A stretch of DNA of 64,000 nt from an uncultured Actinomycetota bacterium (GTDB lineage Bacteria > Actinomycetota > Actinomycetes > JAHEKZ01), in contig CAWHIJ010000003.1 of assembly GCA_963829525.1 (NCBI GenBank), positions 526,632-590,631 of the forward strand. The letters are read 5' to 3'. A program made the translations under genes and the position numbers. The notes beneath the pieces are model-generated. The model saw nothing but the letters and a program-made list of their open reading frames with translations, was not told the DNA's origin and did not search any database. This document shows positions 1-9,674 of the stretch, in pieces (the stretch's first letter is position 1; each line of letters starts with the position of its first letter).

Positions 1-2133
1 ATGCTCGGCGAAACCCGCACCACCGGCGGCTCCGTCGTACACGAACACGCTCGGCACTCCGGTGTCCGGGTGGTTGGCAGTCGAAACACCACCGATGTCC
101 CATCGATCACAGATGGCAAAGAGTGGGAGCAGCCCGATGCTGGCGTGCTCTGCCGCGTGCAGGGCTCCCGGCAGGTCCGCCGGCTCGATTCCCATGGTCG
201 TCGTCGCCGAGTCCGGAAGGGTCCACCACACCGCTCGGGTGCGGAGGGTTCGAGGTGGAAGGTCGAGCAAGTCCTCACCCAGCACCTCGCCGGAGATGAC
301 GCGCCGCCGGAGGAACGACACCACGTGGCGCGTGACTTCGACCGATCCGAAACAGAGTGTCGCCAAACCGAGCGGCGATCGTCGATCGGTTTCCAGGACC
401 CGGATCTCAGTCAGCTCGCGGGCCGACGTGGTGTAGTCGGGATCGGCAGCGTCCACAAGTGCGACGGAGTCATCGAGGTCGAGATTGCGCACAACGTAGC
501 TCTCACCCTGGTGAACGTAGATCGCACCTGCATGAACAGTCGTGTGGGATGACCCTGGATCGACGGTGCCGAGCACCCGTCCTGTGGTGCTCTCGACGAC
601 GCGCACCGGGGTCCCTCCGATTCCGCGGAGGTCGGCGAGGTCGGTAGCGCGTTCCCGTCTGGTCCAGAACCATCCAGCGCTGCGCCGACGGAGCCAGCCC
701 CGCTCGACGAGAGCGTCGAGAAGCTCCGCAGTGCCCTCTCCGAAGAGCGCCAGGTCGTCGGTGGTGAGTGGTAGCTCGGCGGCGGCGGCAGCCAAGTGTG
801 GGCCGAGCACGTATGGGTTCTGCGGGTCGAAGACGGTTGCCTCGACAGGTTGTCCAAAGATCGCGTCCGGGTGGTGCACCAGATACGTGTCAAGGGGGTC
901 GTCGCGAGCGACCAGGATGGCCAGTGCACCTTGGCCAGCGCGACCCGCCCGACCGGCCTGCTGCCAGAGGGAGGCGCGGGTTCCGGGCCAGCCGGCGAGC
1001 AGCACCGCGTCGAGCCCCGCCACATCGATGCCGAGCTCTAGGGCGTTCGTGGCTGCGACGGCGCGTAGGTCGCCCGAGGTGAGGCGCTTCTCCAGTAGGC
1101 GGCGTTCTTCGGGCAGAAAGCCTGCGCGGTAGGCAGCGACAGATCGAGAGAGGTCGGGGTCTACTTCTTCGAGAGCGTGGCGGGCCAGGAGCGAGACCAC
1201 CTCCGCACCACGTCTTGAACGGACGAAGGCCAAGGTGCGCGCGTCGTCGACCACCAGATCGGTCAGCAGAGACGCCACCTCGGCGGCTGCCGTTCGACGG
1301 ATCGGAGCGCCCCGTTCCCCGTGCAGTTCCGTGAACGGCGGCTCCCAGAGGGCGAAGACGGTCTCACCTCGAGGCGAGGCATCGTCGGTGACCGAAGCAC
1401 ATCGAACGCCGGTCAACCGCTCAGCCGTGACTTCGGGGTCTGATGCCGTCGCAGACGCCAACACGAAGATCGGGTGCGAGCCGTAGCGCGCTGCAATGCG
1501 ACGAAGTCGGCGGATGACGGCCGCGACGTGTGCGCCGAAGAGCCCGCGGTAGTGGTGCATCTCGTCGATGACGATGTAGCGGAGCCGGCGTAGGAACGAT
1601 GCCCAGCGGGAGTGGCCCGGGAGCATCGAGTGATGCAGCATGTCAGGGTTGGTGAGGACGACGTTGGCGTAGTTGCGCACCCACTCGCGCTCCTCACTGG
1701 GCGTGTCTCCGTCGTAGGTGGCGACGCGAAGCCCATCGACTGAGAGCGCGTCGATGCGCCGTCGTTGGTCGGCGGCGAGCGCTTTGGTGGGACTGAGATA
1801 GAGCACGGTTGCTCCACGCTCGACTCCCTCGTCGCGGCTGGTCAGGACCTCATGAACTGCCGGCATGAGGTAGGCGAGCGACTTGCCGGACGCCGTTCCC
1901 GTCGAGATCACAACCGAACGCCCCGCGTGAGCGAGGTCAGCGACGTCCGACTGGTGCTGCCAGGGGGCGGCAATCCCCGTAGCGGTGAGGGCTTCTCGCA
2001 GCTGTGGATGGAGCCAGGCCGGCCATGGAGCTGTGCGTCCGAGGCGCTCGGGCAGCCTCTCGACGTGGGTGAGCCGCTCCGCCCGGTCGCCCACTGACGC
2101 CAGGCGCGCGAGCAGTGCGTCCGGATCCGGCAT
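1..2133 (-). CDS. ATP-dependent DEAD/DEAH-box helicase with a C-terminal DUF1998 domain (MrfA/Rv3649-like). Its 3' end runs off the window start.
   Basis: Hand translation of the reverse strand from ATG (complement of cat at 2131-2133) gives an uninterrupted 711-codon frame to position 1. It shows Walker A (TGTASGKS), a DExH-like box (VIDEMHHYRG), helicase motif VI (QQAGRAGR) and a DUF1998-like C-terminal part. It is absent from the ORF track only because no stop lies within the window. Confidence 0.8.
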   Translation of the reverse strand, partial: MPDPDALLARLASVGDRAERLTHVERLPERLGRTAPWPAWLHPQLREALTATGIAAPWQHQSDVADLAHAGRSVVISTGTASGKSLAYLMPAVHEVLTSRDEGVERGATVLYLSPTKALAADQRRRIDALSVDGLRVATYDGDTPSEEREWVRNYANVVLTNPDMLHHSMLPGHSRWASFLRRLRYIVIDEMHHYRGLFGAHVAAVIRRLRRIAARYGSHPIFVLASATASDPEVTAERLTGVRCASVTDDASPRGETVFALWEPPFTELHGERGAPIRRTAAAEVASLLTDLVVDDARTLAFVRSRRGAEVVSLLARHALEEVDPDLSRSVAAYRAGFLPEERRLLEKRLTSGDLRAVAATNALELGIDVAGLDAVLLAGWPGTRASLWQQAGRAGRAGQGALAILVARDDPLDTYLVHHPDAIFGQPVEATVFDPQNPYVLGPHLAAAAAELPLTTDDLALFGEGTAELLDALVERGWLRRRSAGWFWTRRERATDLADLRGIGGTPVRVVESTTGRVLGTVDPGSSHTTVHAGAIYVHQGESYVVRNLDLDDSVALVDAADPDYTTSARELTEIRVLETDRRSPLGLATLCFGSVEVTRHVVSFLRRRVISGEVLGEDLLDLPPRTLRTRAVWWTLPDSATTTMGIEPADLPGALHAAEHASIGLLPLFAICDRWDIGGVSTANHPDTGVPSVFVYDGAAGGAGFAEH

Positions 2134-2308
2134 GTGCACAGTCTGGCAAGGGCGGGCCTCCCACGGGGCGTAACCGACCTGTGACCATTCTGAGTACATC
2201 CTCAGGCAGCGACTCGCCCGGAATCCTTACGGAATCGCGTGGCCCCTGAATAGACTCCCGAGCGGCCCGCCTGGCGCATGGCCCGGCTGTGCCCGCCCTC
2301 GAGGAGGA

Positions 2309-4642
2309 TTGATGTCGTTGCTCGCCATGGGACAGGTCTCGATCGACCTGACTTCCCAGCAGCTCACCTACGTCGCGATCGTCGCGCTGATCGCGGTCGC
2401 CGCGATCGTGTTTGCCGGTGTGCTCGTTCGTCAGGTGCTCGCCGCGCCTGAAGGAACCGAGCGCATGCAGGAGATCGCCAGGGCCGTGCAAGAGGGAGCG
2501 TCGGCGTACCTGGCCCGACAGTTCCGCACCTTGGCCGTATTCGCGGTCGTCGTGTTCTTCCTCCTCTACCTCCTTCCGGCTGACACCACGTCTTTGAAGG
2601 TCGGCCGCTCCATCTTCTTCATCATCGGTGCTCTCTTCTCGGCAGTGACCGGGTACGTGGGTATGTGGCTCGCGGTCAGGGCCAACGTCCGTGTAGCAGC
2701 GGCCGCCCGCGACGGTGGTGAGCAGTCGGCGATGAAGATCGGCATCCGCACCGGTGGCGTAGCAGGTATGTTCACCGTCGGACTTGGCCTGCTCGGCGCG
2801 GCCACGGTGGTGCTCATCTACCAGGGCGACGCACCCGTCGTCCTCGAAGGTTTTGGTTTCGGCGCGGCGATGCTCGCGATGTTCATGCGTGTTGGTGGCG
2901 GAATCTTCACGAAGGCTGCCGACGTCGGCGCCGACCTGGTGGGCAAGGTTGAGCAGGGCATCCCCGAGGACGACCCACGCAACGCCGCCACGATCGCCGA
3001 CAACGTCGGGGATAACGTCGGGGACTGCGCCGGCATGGCAGCCGACCTCTTCGAGTCCTACGCCGTCACCCTCGTTGCCGCCTTGATTCTGGGCAAGGCG
3101 GCCTTCGGGGACATCGGTTTGGTGTTCCCGCTGATCGTTCCCGCGATCGGTGTCATCACCGCCGTGATCGGCATCATGTCGATCGTCCCGCGTCCCGGCG
3201 ACAGGTCTGGCATGACGGCCATCACACGCGGCTTCTTCATCTCGGCCGCTGTCTCGGCCGTACTGGTCATCGGAGCGTCATTCTGGCTCATCCCGGCGCG
3301 CGCGGTCGACCTCACGGGTGTGGTGGTCGGGGCGGACAGCGCCGTGTTCGCTGCTGTCAACGTCGAGACGTACAGCCTACGGGCTCTGACGATTGGGGCC
3401 GTGCTCATCGGCATCGTGCTGGCAGCTGCAATCCAACAGCTGACCGGGTACTTCACCGAGACGAACCGCCGCCCGGTCGACGACGTCGCCAAGTCGTCGC
3501 TCACTGGCCCCGCGACGGTCATCTTGTCGGGTATCTCGTTGGGCCTTGAGTCCGCCGTCTACTCCGCACTCCTCATTGGGGCGGCCGTCTACGGAGCCTT
3601 CCTCCTCGGTGCTGGGTCGATCACCCTCGCGCTCTTCGCGGTCGCCTTGGCAGGAACCGGGTTGCTGACCACAGTCGGTGTCATAGTTGCGATGGACACC
3701 TTCGGACCGGTCTCCGACAACGCGCAGGGAATCGCGGAGATGTCCGGGGACGTCGACGGTGAGGGCGCCCAGATACTCACCAGCCTCGACGCGGTGGGAA
3801 ACACCACCAAGGCAATCACCAAGGGCATCGCGATCGCCACGGCCGTCCTTGCTGCCACCGCCCTGTTCGGCTCGTTCCGTGAGGGGATCTTGACCGCAGC
3901 CAATGACGCAGGTGGTGCGGCGCTCCTGGCGCTGCCGGAGATCGACATCTCGCAATATGCGGGAATCATTGACGTCTCCAACCCGCGCAACCTCGTCGGC
4001 CTGCTGATCGGTGCAGCGGTTGTCTTCCTGTTCTCCGGTCTGGCCATCAACGCGGTTTCCCGCGCCGCCGGAGCAGTGATCTTCGAGGTGCGTCGGCAGT
4101 TCCGCGAGCACCCCGGGATCATGGACTACAGCGAGCGTCCCCAGTACGGCAAGGTCGTGGACATCGTGACCCGAGACTCACTCCGTGAGCTGGCGACGCC
4201 GGGTCTGCTCGCGGTGCTGACCCCCATCGCCGTCGGTTTCGGTCTGGGCGTCGGTGCGCTCGGCGCCTTCCTGGCCGGAACGATTGCTACTGGACTGCTG
4301 ATGGCGATCTTCCTGGCGAACTCCGGTGGCGCGTGGGACAACGCCAAGAAGTTCGTCGAGGACGGCAACTACGGGGGCAAGGGGTCTGAACCCCACGAGG
4401 CCACCGTCATCGGTGACACGGTTGGGGACCCGTTCAAGGACACTGCCGGTCCGGCGATCAACCCGCTGATCAAGGTGATGAACCTCGTCGCGTTGTTGAT
4501 TGCTCCCGCGGTTGTCCAGCTCTCGGTCGGTGACGACCAGAACACAGCGCTACGTGTTCTCATCGCTCTGGCCGCTGTCATCGTCGTCGTTGGTGCCGTC
4601 GTCGTCAGCAAGAGAAGGAGCATCACGGTCGGCGAGGAGTGA
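2309..4642 (+). CDS. hppA: Membrane-bound proton-translocating pyrophosphatase (H+-PPase)
   Basis: The 777-aa polytopic membrane protein carries canonical H+-PPase motifs (GGGIFTKAADVGADLVGKVE, DNVGDNVGDCAGM, GDTVGDPFKDTAGP). A GAGGAGGA ribosome-binding site sits just upstream, and the true start may be ATG 2312. Confidence 0.92.
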   Translation: MMSLLAMGQVSIDLTSQQLTYVAIVALIAVAAIVFAGVLVRQVLAAPEGTERMQEIARAVQEGASAYLARQFRTLAVFAVVVFFLLYLLPADTTSLKVGRSIFFIIGALFSAVTGYVGMWLAVRANVRVAAAARDGGEQSAMKIGIRTGGVAGMFTVGLGLLGAATVVLIYQGDAPVVLEGFGFGAAMLAMFMRVGGGIFTKAADVGADLVGKVEQGIPEDDPRNAATIADNVGDNVGDCAGMAADLFESYAVTLVAALILGKAAFGDIGLVFPLIVPAIGVITAVIGIMSIVPRPGDRSGMTAITRGFFISAAVSAVLVIGASFWLIPARAVDLTGVVVGADSAVFAAVNVETYSLRALTIGAVLIGIVLAAAIQQLTGYFTETNRRPVDDVAKSSLTGPATVILSGISLGLESAVYSALLIGAAVYGAFLLGAGSITLALFAVALAGTGLLTTVGVIVAMDTFGPVSDNAQGIAEMSGDVDGEGAQILTSLDAVGNTTKAITKGIAIATAVLAATALFGSFREGILTAANDAGGAALLALPEIDISQYAGIIDVSNPRNLVGLLIGAAVVFLFSGLAINAVSRAAGAVIFEVRRQFREHPGIMDYSERPQYGKVVDIVTRDSLRELATPGLLAVLTPIAVGFGLGVGALGAFLAGTIATGLLMAIFLANSGGAWDNAKKFVEDGNYGGKGSEPHEATVIGDTVGDPFKDTAGPAINPLIKVMNLVALLIAPAVVQLSVGDDQNTALRVLIALAAVIVVVGAVVVSKRRSITVGEE

Positions 4643-6108
4643 ACCTGGTGCGCCTCCCTGGGGGCGACCTCCCGGCCCGACTGTCCGATCGGCTGCACGC
4701 CCTCGACTACACCGTCGAGGGCGTGCGTCGCTATCTGGGACCAGTGGCCGCAGATGCCCTGGACCGTGCCGAGACCGTGCCCGCGTCCCGACGACTGGCG
4801 GGCGTCGACTCTCCGCTTGGGACAGTGACATGCCTGTTCCTTCTTGGTGAACCCGTTCCTGAGAAGGTGGCGGCAGCCGCTTTGGAACGCGACGCCGCAG
4901 AGCTCGGCGACCTGGTCGAGATCGTCGAAGGCCGGGTCAGGGCGCGCGTTGAGGTGGCTCCCTACGCCGTGGACGACAAGGACTGGTTCGTCGCGTCTGA
5001 CTGGTCCGCCAGGCGCACTGGGCGGCCCACAGCCGCCGACCACGTGCTCGGTGTTGGTGGCGCCTCCACCATGTTGGCGCAGTACACGGTGCGTATGCCG
5101 ATTGAGCGCGCGCTCGATCTCGGCACCGGATGCGGGGTACAGGCCTTCCATCTCGCGGGACACGCGGAGCACGTGGTCGGGACCGACATCAGCGAACGTT
5201 GTCTGCAGCTGGCCTCGTTCAACGCTGCCATGAACCGGATTCCGCTCGACCTGCGTCGCGGGAGCCTGTTCGAACCAGTAGAGCAGGAGCGGTTCGACGT
5301 GATCGTGAGCAATCCGCCTTTCGTGATCGGATCTCCCGATGCTGCGCGGCACGACTACCGGGACTCCGGGCTCGACGGTGACGCGGTCTGCGCGTCAGTG
5401 GTCGTCGGCGCCGCTGCTCACCTTGCCGAGTCGGGCTGGTGCCAGTTGTTGGCCAACTGGGAGATCACCGACGGCGATGACTGGGCGGCACATCCGAGGT
5501 CGTGGGTCGCGGCGTCCGGCCTGGACGCGTGGGTCATCCAGCGGGACGTGCAAGACCCTGCGGCCTACATCGAGATGTGGCTCCAGGACGCGGGACAGCA
5601 GTGGTCGGCGGAGTACCGCGGTCTCTACGACGCGTGGATGTCGAACCTGGAGCGGCGTGGGGTGTTGGGCGTCGGGTTCGGTCTGATCTCGCTCCGCCGT
5701 ACCGAGCGTGACTCACCTGTGCGGCGGTTTCAGCATGCTCCTCAGGCCTGGGTGCAGCCGGTGGCGCCCGATGTCGAGCGGTGGTTCACCGTCCAGGATG
5801 CGCTGGCGACAGACCCGGCGAGCGTGCTGATGCAACCTCTGCGCCTGGGCTCGGACGTCGTCGTCGAGCAGCACCAGGGGGGTGGTGAGGACGAGGCGGT
5901 GGTGATCCTGCGGCGATCTGGCGGGATGGGGTGGTCTGGGCCGGTCGACCCGTTCGGGCTCGATCTGCTGGCCCAATTAGATGGTGTTCGACCGGCTGCG
6001 GACGCTGCTCTCACCGCCGCCGCCAAGCACGAGGTCGAGCCTGAGGATGCCCTGGCGGCCGCGGTGCCCGTTCTCGGACAATTGGCGGTTGAGGGCTTCG
6101 TGCTCTGA
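4639..6108 (+). CDS. Class I SAM-dependent methyltransferase (HemK/RsmC-like NPPF/NPPY motif)
   Basis: It shows motif I (LDLGTGCGVQA) and motif IV (VIVSNPPFV). Its start overlaps the hppA stop by 4 nt, which suggests translational coupling. Confidence 0.7.
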   Translation: MNLVRLPGGDLPARLSDRLHALDYTVEGVRRYLGPVAADALDRAETVPASRRLAGVDSPLGTVTCLFLLGEPVPEKVAAAALERDAAELGDLVEIVEGRVRARVEVAPYAVDDKDWFVASDWSARRTGRPTAADHVLGVGGASTMLAQYTVRMPIERALDLGTGCGVQAFHLAGHAEHVVGTDISERCLQLASFNAAMNRIPLDLRRGSLFEPVEQERFDVIVSNPPFVIGSPDAARHDYRDSGLDGDAVCASVVVGAAAHLAESGWCQLLANWEITDGDDWAAHPRSWVAASGLDAWVIQRDVQDPAAYIEMWLQDAGQQWSAEYRGLYDAWMSNLERRGVLGVGFGLISLRRTERDSPVRRFQHAPQAWVQPVAPDVERWFTVQDALATDPASVLMQPLRLGSDVVVEQHQGGGEDEAVVILRRSGGMGWSGPVDPFGLDLLAQLDGVRPAADAALTAAAKHEVEPEDALAAAVPVLGQLAVEGFVL

Positions 6109-6158
6109 GAGGCCCTCGTGCTGGGCCGGCGACACGCTGCTAGCGTCCCTGTGGTTTG

Positions 6159-6195
6159 ACAAGACCGCCCCTGGTGCGGTCAGACTCCCCGCGGT
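6159..6195 (+). promoter_or_regulatory. Candidate sigma-A-type promoter for topA (TTGACA followed about 17-18 nt later by a CAGACT -10-like hexamer)
   Basis: TTGACA at 6159-6164 lies upstream of the topA GTG start at 6238. This is a pattern match only. Confidence 0.25.
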
Positions 6196-6237
6196 GCCTA
6201 AATGCGGGGCGCAACCTAATGGTGAGGAGCAACCGAC

Positions 6238-8943
6238 GTGGCGACGAGCGACGAGGGCGTGACGCGACGCCTGGTGATCGTCGAGTCGCCGGCGAAAGCC
6301 AAGACCATCCGCGGGTATCTGGGCGAGGGGTACGAGGTCGAGGCCAGTGTCGGCCATATCCGTGACCTCCCCAAGAGCGCTGCTGACATCCCCGCGAAGT
6401 ACAAGAAGGAGAAGTGGGCGAGGCTCGGTGTCGACATCGAGAACGGGTTCGAGCCGCTCTACCTGGTCAGCCCAGACAAGAAGTCCAAAGTTGCTGAGCT
6501 GAAGAGAATGCTCGCCAACGTCGACGAGCTGCTGCTGGCCACGGATGAGGACCGCGAGGGCGAGGCGATTGCCTGGCACCTGCTGCAGGTGCTGAAGCCG
6601 ACGGTGCCTGTGCACCGGATGGTCTTCCACGAGATCACCAAGGACGCCATTCGCGCAGCCGCGGAGTCCCCCCGCGAACTCGACCAGCGGATGGTCGACG
6701 CGCAAGAGGCCCGGCGGATCATCGACCGGCTCTATGGGTACGAGGTCTCACCCGTTCTCTGGAAGAAGGTCACGACCGGGCTGTCGGCCGGCCGGGTCCA
6801 GTCCGTCGCGACCCGCCTGGTCGTCGAGCGTGAGCGCGCCCGCATGGCCTTCATCTCGGCCGGCTACTGGGACATCGCCGGCACCTTCGACCCGTCGCGG
6901 TTCACCGCGACCCTGGTAGCCGTGGACGGTCGCCGCGTCGCACGTGGCAGCGACTTCAACGACCGGGCGGAGTTGAAGAAGCCTGACGGCATTGTGGTGC
7001 TGGACGAGGCCGTCGCGCGTTCGCTTTGTGACTCGCTCACCGGCGTCGCGCTGTCGGTGCGCTCGGTGGAGGAGAAGCCATACCGGCGCTCACCAGCTGC
7101 GCCGTTCATCACCTCCACCCTTCAGCAGGAAGCAAGCCGCAAATTGCGGATGTCGGCGCAGACGGCGATGCGCGTCGCCCAGCGACTGTACGAGAACGGC
7201 TACATCACCTATATGCGTACCGACTCGACGACACTGTCGGCGACAGCGGTCGCGGCGGCACGAGCTCAGGTGACCGAGCTCTACGGCGCCGACCATGTGA
7301 GCGACAAGCCGCGGTCGTGGGCCAAGAAAGTCAAGAACGCGCAGGAGGCCCACGAGGCGGTTCGGCCTGCCGGTGACACCTTTCGCACTCCCGGTGAGCT
7401 CGGGGCAGAGCTGTCACCAGACGAGCTCAAGCTCTACGAGTTGATCTGGAAGCGCACGCTGGCGTCGCAGATGTCAGACGCTCGCGGAACCACGATGAGC
7501 GTGCGTTTCGGCGGAGTCGCCAATGATGGACGCGACGCTGAGTTCTCCGCGACCGGGACCGTCATCACGCACCGCGGTTTCCTGGCCGTTTACGAAGAGG
7601 GTAAGGACGCCGACGCTGAAGCTGCCGACGACGAGGACGAGCGCCGACTGCCAGCGCTGAGCGAGGGCGAAACGATAACCGCACTTGAGTTGGAGGCGGA
7701 GGGTCACGCCACCAATCCGCCGGCTCGTTACACCGAGGCGAGTTTGGTCAAGGCGCTCGAGGAGCGCGGCATCGGACGCCCATCGACCTATGCGGCGACG
7801 ATCAGCACCATCGTCGATCGCGGGTACGTCTTCAAACGCGGAACTGCACTTGTCCCTTCGTTCCTCGCCTTCAGTGTTGTCAATCTCATGGAGCGGCACT
7901 TCGCCGACCTCGTCGATTACGGCTTCACCGCTCGCATGGAGGAGATCCTCGACCTCGTCGCCGCTGGCGAGACGCCGCGGCAGCGCGTGCTTGAAGGGTT
8001 CTATTTCGGCGACGCGGGCCGCGACTTCCCGGGGCTGCATCCTCTCGTCGGCAACCTGGGCGAGATCGATGCCCGGGAGGTCAACTCGATGCCGCTCGGC
8101 GACGGCATCGTGTTGAGGGTCGGACGCTATGGCCCCTACGTGCAGCGCGGTGAAGGCGACGCTCTCGAGCGCGCCAACGTGCCTCACGACATGACCCCGG
8201 ACGAGCTGACCATCGTCAAGGCTCATGAGCTGCTCGATGCTCCGTCAGGAGACCGTGAGCTAGGTGTGCATCCGGAAACCGGACGTCAGATCGTGGCCAA
8301 GTCGGGAAGGTACGGCCCCTACGTCACCGAGATCCTGCCCGACGATGTGCCCAAGACGGGCAAGAACGCTGTCAAGCCGCACACGGCGTCCTTGCTGTCG
8401 ACGATGGCGCTTGACACTGTCACGATCGACGACGCCGTCCGCCTCCTGTCGCTGCCGCGTGTGGTTGGAGTCGATCCGTCCGACGATGCGCAGATCACGG
8501 TGCAGAACGGCCGATATGGGCCGTACTTGAAGAAGGGCACCGACTCTCGGTCGTTGGAGTCCGAAGAGCAGATGTTCACCGTCACCCTCGACGAGGCATT
8601 GGCGATCTACGCCCAGCCGAAGCAGCGGGGAAGGCGCGCTGCAGCGCCGCCGCTACGCGACCTCGGCCCCGATCCCGTGACTGGCCTCACGGTCTTGGTC
8701 AAAGACGGCCGCTTCGGGCCTTACGCCACTGACGGCGAGACAAACGCGACCCTCCGCCGAACAGACGCACCAGAGACGATCACCATTGAGCGAGCAGCCG
8801 AGCTGCTCGCTGACAAGCGTGCCCAGGGGCCTTCCACAAAGAAGCGGACCACCAAGAAGGCGGCGCCGCGCACCACCAAGCGGACGGTCAAGAAGGGCGC
8901 AGCCAAGAAGAGTGCAGCCAAGAAGACGGCTGCCAAGAAGTAG
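6238..8943 (+). CDS. topA: DNA topoisomerase I
   Basis: The N-terminus (RRLVIVESPAKAKTIRGYLG, Toprim) is diagnostic. The protein is 901 aa with the Lys-rich C-terminal tail (…KKGAAKKSAAKKTAAKK) typical of actinobacterial TopA. Confidence 0.95.
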   Translation: MATSDEGVTRRLVIVESPAKAKTIRGYLGEGYEVEASVGHIRDLPKSAADIPAKYKKEKWARLGVDIENGFEPLYLVSPDKKSKVAELKRMLANVDELLLATDEDREGEAIAWHLLQVLKPTVPVHRMVFHEITKDAIRAAAESPRELDQRMVDAQEARRIIDRLYGYEVSPVLWKKVTTGLSAGRVQSVATRLVVERERARMAFISAGYWDIAGTFDPSRFTATLVAVDGRRVARGSDFNDRAELKKPDGIVVLDEAVARSLCDSLTGVALSVRSVEEKPYRRSPAAPFITSTLQQEASRKLRMSAQTAMRVAQRLYENGYITYMRTDSTTLSATAVAAARAQVTELYGADHVSDKPRSWAKKVKNAQEAHEAVRPAGDTFRTPGELGAELSPDELKLYELIWKRTLASQMSDARGTTMSVRFGGVANDGRDAEFSATGTVITHRGFLAVYEEGKDADAEAADDEDERRLPALSEGETITALELEAEGHATNPPARYTEASLVKALEERGIGRPSTYAATISTIVDRGYVFKRGTALVPSFLAFSVVNLMERHFADLVDYGFTARMEEILDLVAAGETPRQRVLEGFYFGDAGRDFPGLHPLVGNLGEIDAREVNSMPLGDGIVLRVGRYGPYVQRGEGDALERANVPHDMTPDELTIVKAHELLDAPSGDRELGVHPETGRQIVAKSGRYGPYVTEILPDDVPKTGKNAVKPHTASLLSTMALDTVTIDDAVRLLSLPRVVGVDPSDDAQITVQNGRYGPYLKKGTDSRSLESEEQMFTVTLDEALAIYAQPKQRGRRAAAPPLRDLGPDPVTGLTVLVKDGRFGPYATDGETNATLRRTDAPETITIERAAELLADKRAQGPSTKKRTTKKAAPRTTKRTVKKGAAKKSAAKKTAAKK

Positions 8944-9047
8944 TCATCAAGAAGTAACCGCAGAAGCTCACTTGGCATGCCTTCCCGCACTCAGGGGGAT
9001 GGCCGGCTCGCCTTGGGAGGGTCGGGGGGTCGGGATAGATTGGCCCG

Positions 9048-9674
9048 GTGCCTCCATCCAGCCCTGGTCTCTTCGTCGCCTTCGAGGGCGGGGAAGGCGC
9101 TGGCAAGAGCACCCAGGTCGAGCTGCTCGCCAAGGCCCTGAGCGAGCAGGGGCACGAGGTGGTGACCACCTTCGAGCCGGGCGACACAGAGGTAGGACGT
9201 CAGCTGCGCGAGATCTTGCTCGGTCACCAGACGGGGGCGATCAATCCGCGCACGGAGGCGCTCCTCTATGCGGCCGACAGGGCCGAGCACGTGGCGTCGG
9301 TGGTGGAGCCGGCCCTCCACCGGGGCGCGGTCTGCATCACCGACCGGTACATCGACTCCTCCATCGCCTACCAAGGCGCTGGACGCACCCTCGAGCCGGC
9401 CGATATCGAGAACATCTCGAAGTGGGCGACTGGTGAGCTGTGGCCCGACATCACCATCCTTCTCGATATCGATCCGGCGATCGGGCTCACTCGCTTCGAC
9501 ACTCCTGCCGATCGTCTCGAAGCCGAACCGCTCGCATTTCATCAGCGAGTACGTGAGCATTTCCTGGCACTGAGTGCAAGAAGGCCGGAGCGGTACCTCG
9601 TCGTGGATGCGGTGGCGTCGGCCGATGCTGTCTTCAGCGCCGCGTACGCAGCAGTGCAGAAGCGTCTGCCATGA
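9048..9674 (+). CDS. tmk: Thymidylate kinase
   Basis: The P-loop FVAFEGGEGAGKSTQ and the DRY motif (CITDRYIDSSIAYQG) are present. The start is GTG. Confidence 0.9.
   Translation: MPPSSPGLFVAFEGGEGAGKSTQVELLAKALSEQGHEVVTTFEPGDTEVGRQLREILLGHQTGAINPRTEALLYAADRAEHVASVVEPALHRGAVCITDRYIDSSIAYQGAGRTLEPADIENISKWATGELWPDITILLDIDPAIGLTRFDTPADRLEAEPLAFHQRVREHFLALSARRPERYLVVDAVASADAVFSAAYAAVQKRLP

Noticed and set aside
1-1132. Plus-strand ORFs 1-552, 62-436, 357-647 and 542-1132
   Set aside because: They overlap the well-supported minus-strand helicase gene in other frames, and their translations are Arg/Ser-rich nonsense.
1-2133. Possibility that the DEAD/DUF1998 helicase is a DISARM-like defence component (DrmA-type)
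   Set aside because: It is a single gene directly adjacent to the conserved hppA/topA housekeeping neighbourhood, with no methyltransferase, DUF1998 partner or PLD partner genes. It fits better the conserved actinobacterial MrfA/Rv3649-like repair helicase.
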